Shown here one piece after another: positions 24,720 through 39,002 of a DNA stretch of 64,000 nucleotides. The number at the start of each line of letters is the position of its first letter. Positions within the stretch are counted from its first letter, which is position 1. Both the position numbers and the translations under genes were made by a program. This DNA is from Heterodontus francisci (Eukaryota): contig NC_090399.1 in NCBI RefSeq assembly GCF_036365525.1, positions 52,236,430 through 52,300,429 of the forward strand, in the 5' to 3' direction. The notes beneath the pieces are model-generated. The model made no database searches. It saw only the letters and a program-made list of their open reading frames with translations, and was not told the DNA's origin.

Positions 24720-25803
24720 AGAGTCATAGAGTTTTACAGCAGAGAAACAGGCCCTTCGGCCCAATGCGCCTGTGCCGACCATCAAGTACCCGTCCTAACT
24801 AATCCCATTTCCCCGCACTTGGCCCGTAACCTTGTATGTTATGGCGTTTCAAGTGCTTATCTAAATACTTCTTGAATGTCGTGAGTGTTCCTGCCTCTAC
24901 CATCGCTTCCGGCAGTGTGTTCCAGATTTCAACCACCCTCTGGGTTAAAAAATTCTTCCTCAACTCCCCTCTAAACCTCCTGCTCATTACTTTTAATCTA
25001 TGCCCCCTAGTTATTAACCTCTCTGCGAAAGGAAAAAGTTTATTCCCATCTATCCTATTAATACCCCTCATAATTTTGTATACCTCAATCAGGTCCACCC
25101 TCAGCCTTCTCTGCTCCAAGGAAAACAACCCCAGCCTAAACAGTCTCTCTTCATAGCTGAAATGCTCCAGCCCAGATAACATCCTGGTGAATCTCCTCTG
25201 CACCCTCTCCAGTGCAATCACATCCTTCCTATAGTGTGGTGCCCAGAACTGTACACAGTACTCCAGCTGTGGCCTAACCAATGTTTTATACAGCTCCCGG
25301 ATCTTATATTCTATGCCTGGCTAATAAAGGCAAGTATCCCATATGCCTTCCTAACTGCCTTTTCTACCTGTGCTGCTGCCTTCAGTGGTCTATGGACAAG
25401 TAAACCAAGGTCCCTCTGACCCTTTGTACTCCCTAGGTTCCTACCATCCATTGTATATTCCCTTGCCTTGTTAGACCTCCCAAAGTGCATCACCTCACAC
25501 TTCTCAGGATTTAACTCCATTTGCCACTGCTCCACCCACCTTACCAGCCCATTTATATCGTCCTGTAGTCTAAGGCTTTCCTCCTCACTATTTACGACAC
25601 CACCAATTTTCATGTCATCTGCAAATTTACTGCTCATACCTCCTATATTCATGTCGAAATCATTATTGTACACTACAAATCGTAAGGGTCCCAGCACTGA
25701 TCCCTGTGATACACCACTGGTCACAGGCTTTCAATTGCAAAAACAACCCTCGACCACCACCCTCTGCCTCCTGCCACTAAGCCAATTTTGAATCCAATTT
25801 GAC
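24720..25803 (-). mobile_element. CR1/HER1-like LINE, 5'-truncated
   Basis: SGVSQGSVLGP..KFADD; VRPQLEYCVQFWAP..QRVVEIWNTLP. Confidence 0.9.
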
Positions 25804-26474
25804 ATAGAGGATTGATTACTGGAGATCACTGTGTGGATGGGCTTCACTATGGTCAGATATTGGTGTTTGTAAATTTATGTGAATAAAATTGTTTATAGCA
25901 CAGAAAGAGGCCATTCTCCCAGTTGTGTCTGTGCTGGGCCTCTGAAACAACAATTTACCGAGAGCTACTGCCCACCTTCTCCCCATAGCCCTGCACATTC
26001 TTCCTTTTCAGGTAACAATCCGATTCTCTCTTGAATACCTCCATCACACTCTCAGGCAGTCCATTCCAGATCCTAACCAGTCGCTGTCTGAAAATGTTTT
26101 CCTCATGTCCCCGTTGCTTCTTTTGCCAATCACCTTAAATCGGTGCCCTCTTGTTCTCAATCCTCCAACCAATGGGAGCAGTCTTTCCCAATTTACTCTG
26201 TCCAGATCCCTTATGATTTTGAATATCTCTATTAAATCTCCTCTCAATCTTCTCTTCTCCAAGGGAAACAGTCCCAGCTTCTCCAATCTATCCATGTAAA
26301 TGAAGTTCCTCATCCCTGGAACCATTCTCGTGAATCTTTTCTGCACTCTCTCTAATGTCTACACATCTTTTCTAAAATGTGTCCCCAGAACTGGACACAA
26401 TGCTCCAGTTGAGGCTGAACCAGTGTTCTATACAAGTTTAACATAAGTTCCTTGCTTTTTTACCCTATGCTCCT

Positions 26475-27757
26475 ATGTTTTGTGAAGGGAAGGTCATGTC
26501 TTACCAACTTAATAGAATTCTTTGAGGAAGTGACAAAGTTGATTGATGAGGGAAGGGCTGTAGATGTCATATACATGGACTTCAGTAAGGCGTTTGATAA
26601 GGTTCCCCATGGTAGGCTGATGGAGAAAGCGAAGTTGCATGGGGTCCAAGGTGTACTAGCTAGATGGATAAAGAACTGGCTGGGCCCACAGGAGACAGAG
26701 AGTAGCAGTGGAAGGGAGTTTCTCAAAATGGAGACGTGTGACCATTGGTGTTCCACAGGGATCCGTGCTGGGACCACTATTATTTGTGATATACATAAAT
26801 GATTTGGAGGAAAGTATAGGTGGTCTGATTACCAAGTTTGCAGACGACACTAAGATTGGTGGAGTAGCAGATAGTGAAGGGGACTGTCAGAGAATACAGC
26901 AGAATATAGATAGATTGGAGAGTTGGGCAGAGAAATGGCAGATGGAGTTCAATCCGGGCAAATGCGAGGTGATGCATTTTGGAAGATCCAATTCAACAGT
27001 GAACTATACAATAAATGGAAAAGTCCTGGAGAAAATTGATGCACAGAGAGATTTGGGTGTTCAGGTCCATTGTTCCCTGAAGGTGGCAACGCAGGTCAAT
27101 AGAGTGGTCAAGAAGGCATACGGCATGCTTTCCTTCATCGGACGGGGTATTGAGTACAAGAGTTGGCAGGTCATGTTACAGTTGTATAAGACATTGGTTC
27201 GGCCACATTTGGAATACTGTGTGCAGTTCTGGTCGCCACATTACCAAAAGGATGTAGATGCTTTGGAGAGGGTGCAGAGGAGGTTCACCAGGATGTTGCC
27301 TGGTATGGAAGGCGCTAGCTATGAAGAGAGGTTGAGTAGATTAGGATTATTTTCATTAGAAAGACGGAGGTTGAGGGGGGACCTGATTGAGGTGTACAAA
27401 ATTATGAGAGGTATAGACAGGGTGGATAGCAAGAAGCTTCTTCCCAGAGTGGGGGATTCAATTACGAGGGGTCACGAGTTCAAAGTGAGAGGGGAAAAGT
27501 TTAGGGGGGATATGCGTGGAAATTTCTTTACGCAGAGGGTGGTGGGTGCCTGGAACGCGTTGCCAGCGGAGGTGGTAGACGCGGGCACGATAGCGTCTTT
27601 TAAGATGTATCTAGACATACATGAATGGGCAGGAAGCAAAGAGATACAGACCCTTAGAAAATAGGCGACAGGTTTAGATAGAGGATCTGGATCGACGCAG
27701 GCTTGGAGGGCCGAAGGGCCTGTTCCTGTGTTGTAATTTTTTTTGTTCTTTGTTTGT
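26475..27757 (+). mobile_element. Young 5'-truncated CR1 LINE
   Basis: 318-aa open RT C-terminal ORF 26708-27664 and 3' tail GGGCCGAAGGGCCTGTTCCTGTG. Confidence 0.92.
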
Positions 27758-29504
27758 AATGAAGCCTAGAATGCTGTGTGCTCTATAAACCACGCTCTCA
27801 ACTTGTCCTGCCACCTTCAATCACTTATGCACATATAGAGCCAGGTCGCTCTGCTCCTGCACCCTCTTTAGAACTGCACACTTTATTTTATATTGTCTCT
27901 CTGTGTCCTTCCTACCAAAAGGAATCATTTCACACTTCTCTGCATTAAATTTCATCTGCCACCTGTCTGCCCATTCCACCAACTTTTCTATGTACGTTTG
28001 AAGTTCTACACTATCCTCCTCACAGGTCACAATGTTTACAAGTTTCGTATCATCTGCAAATTTTGAAATTGTGCCCTGTACACCAAGGTCTAGGTCATTA
28101 ATATACATCAGGAAAAGCAAGGGTCCCAACACTGATCCCTGGGGAACTCCACTACAAACCTTCCTCCAGCCCGAAAAATACCCATTAATGACTACTCTTT
28201 GTTTTCTGTCACTCAGCCAATTCCGTATCCATGTTGCTACCGTCCCTTTTATTCCATCAGCTGTAACTTTGCTCAGATGTCTATTGTGTGGCAAAGTATC
28301 AAATGCCTTTTGAAAGTCCATGTACACCACATCAACAGTATTGCCCTCATCAACCCTCTCTGTTACCTCTTCAAAAAACTCCAGCAAGTTAGTTAAACAT
28401 GACTTGCCCTTAACAAATCCATGCTGGTTTTCCTTAATTAACCTGCATTTGTCCAAGTGACTTAATTTTGTCCCAAGTTATTTTTTCTCGAAGCTTCCCA
28501 CTACAAGAGTTAAACTGACTGGCCTGTAGTTGCTGGGTTTATCTGTACACCCTTTTTTGAGCAAACTTGACTGTAATTTTCCAGTCCTCGATCAGCACCC
28601 TTGAATCTAAGGAAGACTGGAAAATTATGGTCAGTGCCTCCGCAATTTCCACTCTCACTTCCCTCAGTATCCTTGGATACATGTCATCTGGTCCTGGTGT
28701 CTTATCACCTTTAAGTACAGACAGCCTATCCAGTATGTAGGCAGCCTATCCAATATCCAGGCAGCCTATCCAATAACTTCAACTTATCAATTTTAAACCC
28801 TTCAAATGTCTGAATTACCTCCTCTTTCACCATTACCTGTACAGCATCATCTTCCTTGGTAAAGACAGATGCCAAGTATTCACGTCAGCCATGGGCCCTG
28901 CCTTTATGTGTAAATCCCCGTTTTGGTCCCAAATCAGCCCCACTCCTTCTTTTACCAACTTTTTACTATTTATATGTCTATCAAAGACTTTTAGATTCCC
29001 TTTTATATTAGCTGCCAGTATGAAAATACTCTCTCTTTGCTTCTTTTATTGGCTTTTTCATTTCCCCTCTGAACCTTCCATATTTAGCCTGGTTCTCGGA
29101 TGTATTATCCACCTGATATCTGGCATAAGTGCACTTTTTCTTCTTCATCTTAATCTCTCTCTTTCATCATTAGTTTAGTAACAGTTTAGAAAACAGCATC
29201 CGCCTCTCCAGCGATGAGATTTTTTTCCTTAACGCCAGACGTCACTACGCAACCCGATCAGGTGACCAACATCCCAGCATGCAATTTAAAATTTGGATTT
29301 GTTTGCCCTTCTTGGGAATATACCTTGACTGTGCCCGAACTATCTTTTCTTTAAAGGCAGCCCATTGTTCAGTTACTGTTTTGCCTGCCAATCTTTGATT
29401 CCAATTTATTTGGCCCAGATCCATTTTTACCCCATTGAAGTTGGCTTCCCCCCAGTGAATTATTCTTACTCTAGATTGTTCCTTGTCATTTTCCATAGTC
29501 AACA

Positions 29505-29665
29505 TAAACTCCTTTCCCAACAGCACTGTGTGTGTACCTACCCCACATGGACAACAGTGGTTCAAGAAGGATGTTCACCACCACCTTCTCAAGGGCAATT
29601 AGGGATGGGAAATAAATGCTGGCATTGTCAGTGACATCCATATCCATGAACAAATAAAAAAATAT
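29505..29665 (+). mobile_element. Short 3' tail of the MEYSPLAWM-family LINE
   Basis: Matches 16705-16860. Confidence 0.75.
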
Positions 29666-31487
29666 AATGATCACTGTCTCCTAATTGTTCCTTTGCTGAC
29701 ACTTGATCCACTTGGCCCACCTCATTCCCAAGAACCAGGTCTAGCAGTGCCTCCTTTCTCATTGGACTGGAAGCATACTGCTGTAGAAAAGTCTCCTGAA
29801 TACACTCTAGCAGCTCTTGCCCCTCTATATCCTTTACACTACTGCTTTCCAATCTATATTCAGATAATTAAAATCCTCTATTATAACCACTCTATAATTC
29901 CTGCACCTTTCCTTGCAAATTTGTCCCTTTACATCTTTTCCACGAGTAGGTGGTCTATAGACTAACTGAGCAATGTAACTGCACCTTTTTTTATTCCTCA
30001 GCTCCAGCAAAATAGATTCTGTCCTTGACCCCTTTGGGTCATCCTCTCCCTCCAGCACTGCATTGCTCTCCTTAATCAAAACTGCCACCCCTCCCCCTTC
30101 CCTTCCTTTTCTATCTTGCCTGATAACCCTGTAACCAGGAATGTTTAACACCCAGTCCTGTCCTCCTTTGAGCTAGGTGGCTGTTACTGCCAAAACATCA
30201 TATTTCTATGTGGCTATCTGCGCCTGTAGCTCATCAGTCTTATTTGCCACACTCCGCACATTCACATACATGCATAACCCTAATTCAGACTTTATTACTT
30301 TCCCTCTTACTCTGACCCCACCTCATAATTTACTATTTCTTACTGTAATGCAATCTATCTCTCCCAATTCTCTTGCTGTTCCTGTTTTGTATGATCTCCT
30401 GATTCCCACACCCCTGCCAAGTTAATTTAAAACTTCCCCAATCGCACTAGCAAATTACCCCACAAGGAAATTTCTCCCAGCTCTGTTCAGGTGCAACCTC
30501 TCTGGCCTGTAAAGGTCCAATCTCATCCAGAACAGGTCCCAGTATCCCAGGAATATAAACCCCTCTCTCCTGCACCATCTCTCCAGCCATGCATTCATCT
30601 GCGCTATCCTCCTATTTCTATACTCACTTGTGTGTGGTACTGGAAATAATCTGGAGATTACTACTTTTGAGGTCCTGCTTGCTAATTTCTTACCTAGCTC
30701 ATGAAACACTTTCTCCAGGACCACATCCCTCTTCCCACCTATGTCCTTGATACCAATGTGGACCATGTCTGCTGGCTGTTCACCCTCTCCCCTCAGGGTG
30801 CTCAACAATCATTCAGTGACATCATTAGCCCTGGCACCGGGGAGGCAACACATCATTCTGGAGTCACGTCTGCAGCCACAGAAATGCCTGTCTATTCCCC
30901 TATCGGATTTCCTATTACTATTGCTCTTTCAGTATTCTTTGTGTCCCCCTGTGCAGCTATGGTGCCATGGCTTTGGCTCTGGCTGCAGTCCCAGATGAAC
31001 CATCACTCTCATCAGTATTCAGAACTGAATGCCAGTTAGAGAGAGAGACACACTCAGGGCACTCCTACACTAACTGCCTGTTTCTTCATAACTGCCTGAT
31101 AGTTACCCATTCCCTCTATCCCTGCATATTCTTAAGCTGCGGGGTCACATCATTTATAAACCTGCTGTTCACAAAGCTCTCAACCTCACGGATGCGCAAC
31201 GGTGACGCCAGCTGTTGCTCTAACCTCCGTAACCAGGAGCTCGAGCTGCTGCAACTGATGACACTTACTGTACATATAGGTATCCAGGGCACAAGTAGTG
31301 TCCTGGTGTTCCCACAGAGCACAGGATGTGCACTCCAGAGATCGAAGCAGCCCTGCCATTCCTCTACCTATTAGACAATAAACCTTGGTACCACTAATAA
31401 ACCTGGGTACCACTAATAAATAGCCGAGTGGAGAGAGAGAGGAAAAAAGAAAAAAATTAAAGGTTAAAAGTACTCACCAACCTGTTT

Positions 31488-34400
31488 CATAGAAACATAG
31501 AAAATAGGAGCAGGAGTAGGTCATTTGGCCCTTCGAGCCTGCTCCACCATGCATTATGATCATGGCTGATCATCCAACTCAGTAACCTGTTCCTGCCTTC
31601 GCCCCATACCCTTTGATCCCTTTAGACCCAAGAGCTATATCTAACTCCTTCTTGAAAACATTCAATGTTTTGGCCTCAACTGCTTTCTGTGGTAGCAAAT
31701 TCCACAGGCTCACCACTCTCTGGGTGAAGAAATTTCTCCTCATCTCAGTCCTGAAAGGTTTACCCTGTATCCTTAGATTATGACCCCTGGTTCTGGACTC
31801 CCCCACCATAGGGAACATCCTTCCTGCATCTATCCTGTCAAGTCCTGTTAGAATTTTATAGGTTTCTATGAGTTCCCCCTCACTCTTCTGAACTTCAGCG
31901 AATATAATCATAACCGACTCAATCTCTCCTCATATGTCAGTCCCACCATCCCAGGAATCAGTCTGGAAAACCTTCGCTGCACTTCCTCTATAGCAAGAAC
32001 ATCCTTCCTCAGATAAGGAGACCAAAACTGCACACAATATTCCAGGTGTGGCCTCACCAAGGCCCTGTATAATTGCAGCAAGACATCCCTGCTCCTGTAC
32101 TCGAATCCTCTCGCTATGAAGGCCAACATACCATTTGCTTTTTCTACCGCCTGTTGCACCTGCATGCTTACCTTCAGCGACTGGTGTACGAGAACACCCA
32201 GGTCTCACTGCAGATTCCCCTCTCTCAGTTTATAGCCATTCAGATGATAATCTGCTTTCCTGTTTTTGCTACCAAAGTGGATAACCTCACATTTATCCAC
32301 ATTATACTGCATCTGCCATGCATTAGCCCACTCACTCAACTTGTCCAAATCACCCTGAAGCCTCTCTGCATCCTCCTCACAACTCACCCTCCCACCCAGT
32401 TTTGTGTCATCTGCAAATTTGGAGATATTAGGTCTGATTAGGGATAGTCAGCATGGCTTTGTGCGTGGGAAATCATGTCTCACAAATTTGATTGGGTTTT
32501 TTGAGGAGGTGACCAAGAGGATTGTCGAGGGCAGGGCGATGGACGTTGTCTACATGGACTTTAGCAAGGCCTTTGACAAGGTCCCGCATTGTATGCTGGT
32601 CCAGAAGGTTTGAACATATGAGATCCAGGGTGAGCTAGCAAATTGGATACAAAATTGGCTTGGTGATAGGAGGCAGAGGGTGGTAGTGGAGGGTTGTTTT
32701 TCAGATTGGAGGCCGGTGACCAGCGGTGTGCCGCAGGGATCGTTGCTGGGCCCTCTGTTGTTTGTCATATATATTAATGACTTGGATGTGAATGTAGGGG
32801 GCATGATTAGTAAGTTTGCAGATGACACCAAAATTTGTGGTATATTGGTTAGTGAAGAAGGTTGTCTGAGGTTACAACAGGATATAGATAAACTGGGAAA
32901 GTGGGCAATGGATTGGCAAATGGAATTTAACGCAGACAAGTGTAAAGTGATGCATTTTGGGAAGTTAAACCAGGGCAGGACATAAACAGTGAACGGCACC
33001 CTGGGGAGTGTTGTTGAGCAGAGAGACCTTGGAGTGCAAGTACATAGTTCCCTGAAAGTGGCAACACAGGTGGACAGGATGGTAAAGAAGGCGTATGGCA
33101 TGCTTGCCTACATCGGTCAAGGCATTGAGTACAAGAGTTGGGACGTCACGTTACAGTTGTACATAACGTTGGTTAGGCCGCACTTGGAGTACTGTGTGCA
33201 GTTCTGGTCACCGCATTACAGGAAAGATGTGATTAAGCTAGAGAGGGTGCAGAAAAGATTCACAAGGATGTTGCCTAGTATAGAGGGCTTGAGTTATTCA
33301 GAGAGATTGGAAAGGCTGGGTCTGTTTTCCCTGGAGCGAAGGAGGCTGAGAGGGGACATGATAGAGGTATATAAAATTATGAGAGGCATAGGTAGGGTAG
33401 ATAGCCAGAGTCTGTTTCCCATGGTAGGGGTGACTAAAACTAGAGGGCATAGATTTAAGGTGAGGGGGTGGAGGTTTAAAGGGGATCAAAGGGGTACATT
33501 TTTCACACAAAGAATAGTGGGTATCTGGACTGAGCTGCCTGAGGAGGTGGTGGAGGCAGGAACAGTAGCAACATTTAAGAGGCATCTGGACAGGTACTTG
33601 AATGAGCAAGGCATAGAGGGATATGGAATTAATGCAGGCAGGTGGGATTAGTATAGATAGGCATTATGGTCGGTATAGACGCGGTGGACCAAAGGGCCTG
33701 TTTCTATGCTGTACGACTCTATGACTCTATTACATTTAGTTCCCTCATCTAAGTCATTAATGTATATTGTGAATAGCTGGGGTCCTAATACTGATGCCTG
33801 TGGTACCCCACTAGTCAATGCCTGCCATTCGGAAAAAGACACATTTATTCCTACTCTTTCCTCACTATTGCGTTAATTTCCTCTTTAATCAGCAATGCAA
33901 CTCCACCGCCTTTTGCTTTTTATCTGTCCTTCCTAAATACTGAATACCCCTGGACGTTCATTTCCCATCCCTGGTCACCCTGCAGCCATGTCTCTGTAAT
34001 CCCGACTATATCATAACCGTTTACATCTATTTGCGTGATTAATTCATCCACTTAATTGCGAATGCTCCACACATTAAGGCACAAAGCCTTAAGGCTTGTC
34101 CTTTTAACATTACTTGTCCCCTTCCCACTATTTTCCACTGTGGCCCTGTTTGATTCTGGCCCTTGATTTCTCTGCCTATCACTTTTCTTATTCCCCTTAC
34201 TGTTTTTTGTTCTGGTCTTTGATCCCCCCTCCTCTGATTCCTTGCAAAGGTTCCCATCCCCCTGCCATTTTAGTTTAAACCCTCCCCAACCACTCTAGCA
34301 AATACTCCCCCTCGGACATCTGTCCCGATCCTGCCCAGGTGTAACCTGTCCAGTTTGTACTGGTCCCACCTCCCCCAGAACTGGTCCCAATATCCCAGGA

Positions 34401-35760
34401 CTCTAAAACCCTCCCCCTCACACCATCTCTTCAGCCACGCATTCATCCGATATATCCTGCTATTTCTACTCTGACTTGCATGTGGCACTGGTAGTAATCC
34501 TGAGATCGCTACCTTTGAGGTCCTACTTTTCAACTTACTTCCTGACTCCCTATATTCTGCTTTTAGGACCTCATCCTTTTTTAAAATCTATGTTGTTTGT
34601 ACCAATGTGTACCACGACCACTGGCTGTTCACCCTCCCCCTTCAGAATGTCCTGTAACCGCTCTGAGACATCCTTAACCCTAGCACCAGGGAGGCAACAC
34701 ATTGTCCTGGAGTCTCTTTTGCAGCCACAGAAATGCCTATCTATTCCCCTTATAATCGAATCTCCTATAACTATTGCATTCCCACACTTTTTACTCCTCC
34801 CCTGTGCAGCAGAACCAACCGTGGTGCAACGATTTGGGCTGTTGCTGCTTTCCCCTGAGAGGCCATTCCCCCAACAGTATCCAAAGCAGTATATCTGTTT
34901 TGCAGGGGAATAGCCTCAGGAGATTCCTGCACTGCCTGCCTAGTCATCTTGCTCTGCCTGATGGTCACCCATTCCCGTCCTGCCTGTGGAGTCTGAGCCT
35001 GCGATGTGACCACCTCTCTATATGTGCTATCAACAATACTCTCCACCCACGGATGCTCCACAATGTCCCCAGCTGCCCCTCCAGCTCTGAAACCCGGGCT
35101 TCCAGGAGCTGCAGCTGGAGACACTTTCTGCACACATGCTGGTCCCGGGCACTGGAATTGTTCCTGGCTTCCGACATGGAGGACGAGGAGCACACCACGG
35201 CTTTGAGCTCTCCTGCCGTGACTTAACCCTTTAAATTAAATTAAACCTTCTGGAAGATCTTACTGTCCAATAATATCAGTTACTCTAGAGGCCTTCTTCC
35301 CTGGTCCTCGTTATTACAGAACTCCCTAAAAAAAACCACTACTTACTATATTTGAAATAAAGTTTAAACTTTTAAACTTTTCTTATCTGAGATACTTACC
35401 CAGTTATTTATAGCTATTCCTGAACAGCAGTGACTCATCAACCAATCACTTTGCAGTGACGTCACTGTTAGCTTTTTTTTTCAAAACTTCGACACGCTGG
35501 AAGAGGTCCGACTGCTCTCCGCTCCCGGAAAGTAAGAGACTGGGCCTCGATCCTCGGGCTCGATTTATAGGCTCCGCTCTCGGCGTTCTCCCCACAGGTC
35601 CGCTCCGCTCCCAGAAAGTAAGAGACTGGGCCTCGATCCTCGGGCTCGATTTATAGGCTCCGCTCTCGGTGTTCTCCCCACAGGTCTGCTCCGCTCCTCT
35701 CCGCTCCCCGAAGGTAAGAGCTGTTGGTCAGCTCTGAACCCACACACTATCTCCCTCTTT
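31488..35760 (-). mobile_element. Degenerate CR1 LINE (ORF1, start of ORF2, RT 3' part) with an internal deletion and a nested insertion
   Basis: ORF1 VCRKCLQLQLLEARVSELE and KVAISGLLPVP..WLKRWCEGEGF; RT VRPHLEYCVQFWSP; about 76-bp duplicated unit in the presumed 5'UTR at 35520-35690. Confidence 0.85.
32428..33730 (+). mobile_element. 5'-truncated CR1 LINE
   Basis: QHGFVRGKSCLTNL..FADDTK..QRIVGIW; ends in (GACTCTAT)n. Confidence 0.9.
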
Positions 35761-36148
35761 TCTAGTCCGCTGCTCTAGCTTTGCTCCCTCACAGGCACGC
35801 TCTTTTCTAATCCATCACTCTATCTATTAATTTAATGCAGTACTTATATTCCCCAAAACCAGTTAAATTACTGCCCTGTTTAGAGAGAAAAAAAAACTTA
35901 AAACTCACCAACCACCCGCCTGCCTGCTCACCTAATTACTGCTTCCGGGCTTCAGTTCTCACATCTCACTGCTGGTCTCCAGCTCCTTTCCTCTGAATAC
36001 TCCTTTTTTGTAAAAGGTCAGAGCAGCACCTCCTCCCTCACTGCACTGAATTCCCACACTTAACCAAATTCCCGAGCTGCACTCAGTCACCAGCTGCTAC
36101 CTTTGTGCCTGCTTACTTAACCTGTCCCTTTATTTGTTTGTTTTACAG

Positions 36149-36409
36149 ACAGTAATGTCTTTACTGTAATATATCTGGCAACCTCTGGCACGACTGAATT
36201 ACCTGAGTATGTTGGTGTGGGAATGATCAATGAGGTTCCAGTAGCTTATTACGACAGTGATACCCACCACATAGTCTCCCGGCAGCAGTGGATGACAGAC
36301 TCGTTTGATGCAGAGTACTGGGAATATCTCACAAATCGAGGGAATAAACATTGTGCAATTGCAAAGGAGAATCTGAATATGATAATGAAGGGGAGAAACC
36401 AGACATCGG
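36149..36409 (+). CDS. MHC class I-like exon 2, alpha1 domain
   Basis: ttttacag acceptor and G|GTAAG donor. Translates DSNVFTVIYLATSGTTELPEYVGVGMINEVPVAYYDSDTHHIVSRQQWMTDSFDAEYWEYLTNRGNKHCAIAKENLNMIMKGRNQTS, including the conserved N86 sequon NQT. Confidence 0.95.
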
Positions 36410-36749
36410 GTAAGATCAGCACTGCAGAATCTCCCACCTTCCCTTTTCCCTCCTCTCTCACTGTCCAAGGCCCCAAACACTCCTTACTCTTTCAATACAG
36501 TATACTGCATTTGCTGCTCACAATGTGGTCTGTATGAATGGTTAATTATGATGTTAAAGGTAAACAGCTGAAGGGCATTGTTCAATTCAGGATTTGAAGT
36601 GAATATAAAGAGAGTCTGTTGGATACAAGGGTGGTGATTGAACAGATATGTAATGCTGCATTCTGTGAATAAATTCAATATCAGGAATAGGATCTGTGTA
36701 TAGTTTCATTTTTCACCTGTTGGCATGGATCCAGTTAACATAGCAGAGG

Positions 36750-38990
36750 ATGGCTGCCAAGAAGATTGGAAACTAAGGTTTTTTTTTCTCAAACAGAGGG
36801 TTGTAATCGGAGTTATTTTTGAGAAGAATGCCTGAAACCAAGTATAGAGTGTCAGGCTGTGACTTCCCACCGATGTTCTCAGAAGCTGAACCTTATGACC
36901 AATGGGAAAATAAAGTAGATATGTGGTCACGGGTTCTGTCCTTACCAAAGAGAAACGGCCACAAACCGCACGAACGATTCAGCTTCCTTCTCTAGTGAAG
37001 ATCTGTGTGTTTGATCCTTTTTCAGTAGTCATGACAGTGAGTCAGCAATGTTCATTGTTCCAGCAATATGAACCACCTTGTACTTGTATTGCTGCAGTCT
37101 CAAAACTTATCTCTCAATTCGGGCACATGGTTTGGATCTGAGAGAATAAATCATCTGTAATGGATTGTGATCCATCGCTAATTCAAACTCGATGCCGAAC
37201 AAGTATGCATGGAATAGTGCACGTGCCCACACCAATCCTAGGCCTCTTTCTCCATCTGAGAATATCTCCTCTCTAAATCAGTCAGAGATATACTCACATA
37301 AGCAACGATTCTCGGGCCCTCAGCCTGCATTTGCACCAGTACTGCTCCTAATCCTACTGGACTAGCATCTGCAATGACTTTTGTTGCATTTGGATCACAG
37401 TATCCCAGGGTTTGAGCATTTGTCAAGCTGCCTTTCAAAGCTCTGGATGCAGCTTTCTGTTCTTCATCAAATCTGAGTCACTCTTTCTGGTTAACTTCCT
37501 CAATGGATCAGCAAGCAAAGTTTGGGATATACCTCGCACAATAGCTCACAAATTCCAGAAAACTTCTCACTTCACTAGAGTTTTGTGGTCCACTTGCCTC
37601 TGCTATTGCTTCTATTTTGTCTTTGGCAGGATTGATTCCACTGCACTTGAGTTTATGGCCCAAAAACTTTAGCTCTGTCATGTCCAGCTGCATTTACTGT
37701 AAATCCTGCTGACTGCAATCCAGCCAATACTAATCTCAGCCTCTCGTCATGTTTCTCTCTATTGGCTGCATGAGCAATGATGTCCTTAGAGATATTAACT
37801 GTTTCTAGGATCCTTTGTGTCACCTAGTGGATTTCATGTTGGTAAATCTCTGGTGCCACACTGATGTCAAATACCAATCTCTTGTATCACTAAAGTCCAC
37901 AATGAGTGACAAAAGTTGTCACCTTCCTTGAATCAGGATGGAGCTCCAGCTGGTGGTATCTTCATTTTAAGTCTAATTTGGAGAGTACCTTGCTTGAAAG
38001 ATTTCATCCACAGCGAGAATTGGGTGACATTCTCCCATTGCCGCTTTATTCACCTGTCATATATAGACACAGAATCTGATGTCACCATTTGGTTTAGGCA
38101 CTACCACAACAGGACTCGTCCACGGGATTGGTCCTTCAACTGACTCTATGGTATCTTGGTCAATCAGTCCCTTGATCTTTGCCTCAACTTTCCCTCTCAG
38201 ACCAAAAGGTGTTCTGTGTACAGGCTGAACTACAGGCTTCACGTTCTCATCAATTGTTAATTTCACTTGGTGGTTGTGCAACTTCACAATTCCTTGAAAC
38301 TCTGGTTCAACCACCTCTGGAAGCTCTGCATAGGATTTCACAGAATTCACTTTCAATCCAGTGTGGAGCACCCCCAAGTCTTGGCCTGCTTCTCAGCTCA
38401 GAAGAGGCTCACTATCCCCCTCAATAACTACACATTCTTCCTCTGCACTCTGATCCCCAGCTCTCACTCACTGTGAAACATACAACAGTATGAAGTGGGG
38501 TTTTAGATTAGTAAGGATAAAGCTTTTTGACACATTTTCGAGATGTGCACTTGATTCTCTTTGTCTTCAGTTCTTCCCAAAGTGCTCTGCTGATGACATT
38601 ACTTCACTGCCTGAATCTACAATAATACTCACTTCAACACCTCCAACAATCACTGGAACTTTCTCATGGTTGCTTCCATTGACAGAAAACATGCATCCAT
38701 GATTGCTATTCATGTCCTCACTCACTGCATCATCTTCAACTCATCTCACAGTTGTAATATTTCCATCTCCTTCCTTTACATGGTTTGCCAGGCTTCCCAC
38801 TTTGTTCAGCTTGGCAAAATGGTCTTTTCCCCCACATTTTCTGCATATCTTTCCTTGGCAGGACAGCGATCATCTCTTCCATAGTGCCCCAAGTTGCCAC
38901 ATCTGAAACACTCCCAGACTTTTGCTGTTTATGTTTACATGTACCTGGATTCCATTGTGTCACTCAATTAACCTCAGATTTTGTCGTACC
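36750..38990 (-). mobile_element. Gypsy-type LTR retrotransposon pol remnant
   Basis: Protease-like IIVDSG, RT EGPIPWTSPVVVVPKPNGDIRFCV, LKFLGH..EVRSFL, RNase H ADASPVGLGAVL..RRYSQMEKEA. Confidence 0.85.
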
Positions 38991-39002
38991 AATGATGGAA
39001 AT

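Larger units (their letters stand above)
25890..31370 (-). mobile_element. Near full-length degenerate CR1 LINE (ORF1 zinc-finger/esterase, APE, RT) hosting nested insertions
   Basis: ORF1 CTSCALWE.. and AWLERWCRREGF; APE LNIPGYRVIRQDR; RT QHGFVKGKSCLTNL..KFADDTKL; 3' end at about 25890-26470. Confidence 0.85.

Noticed and set aside
36430-36532. Extension of the alpha1 ORF to 36537
   Set aside because: Consensus donor at 36410; the downstream sequence is a decayed Penelope GIY-YIG scrap similar to 42065-42175.
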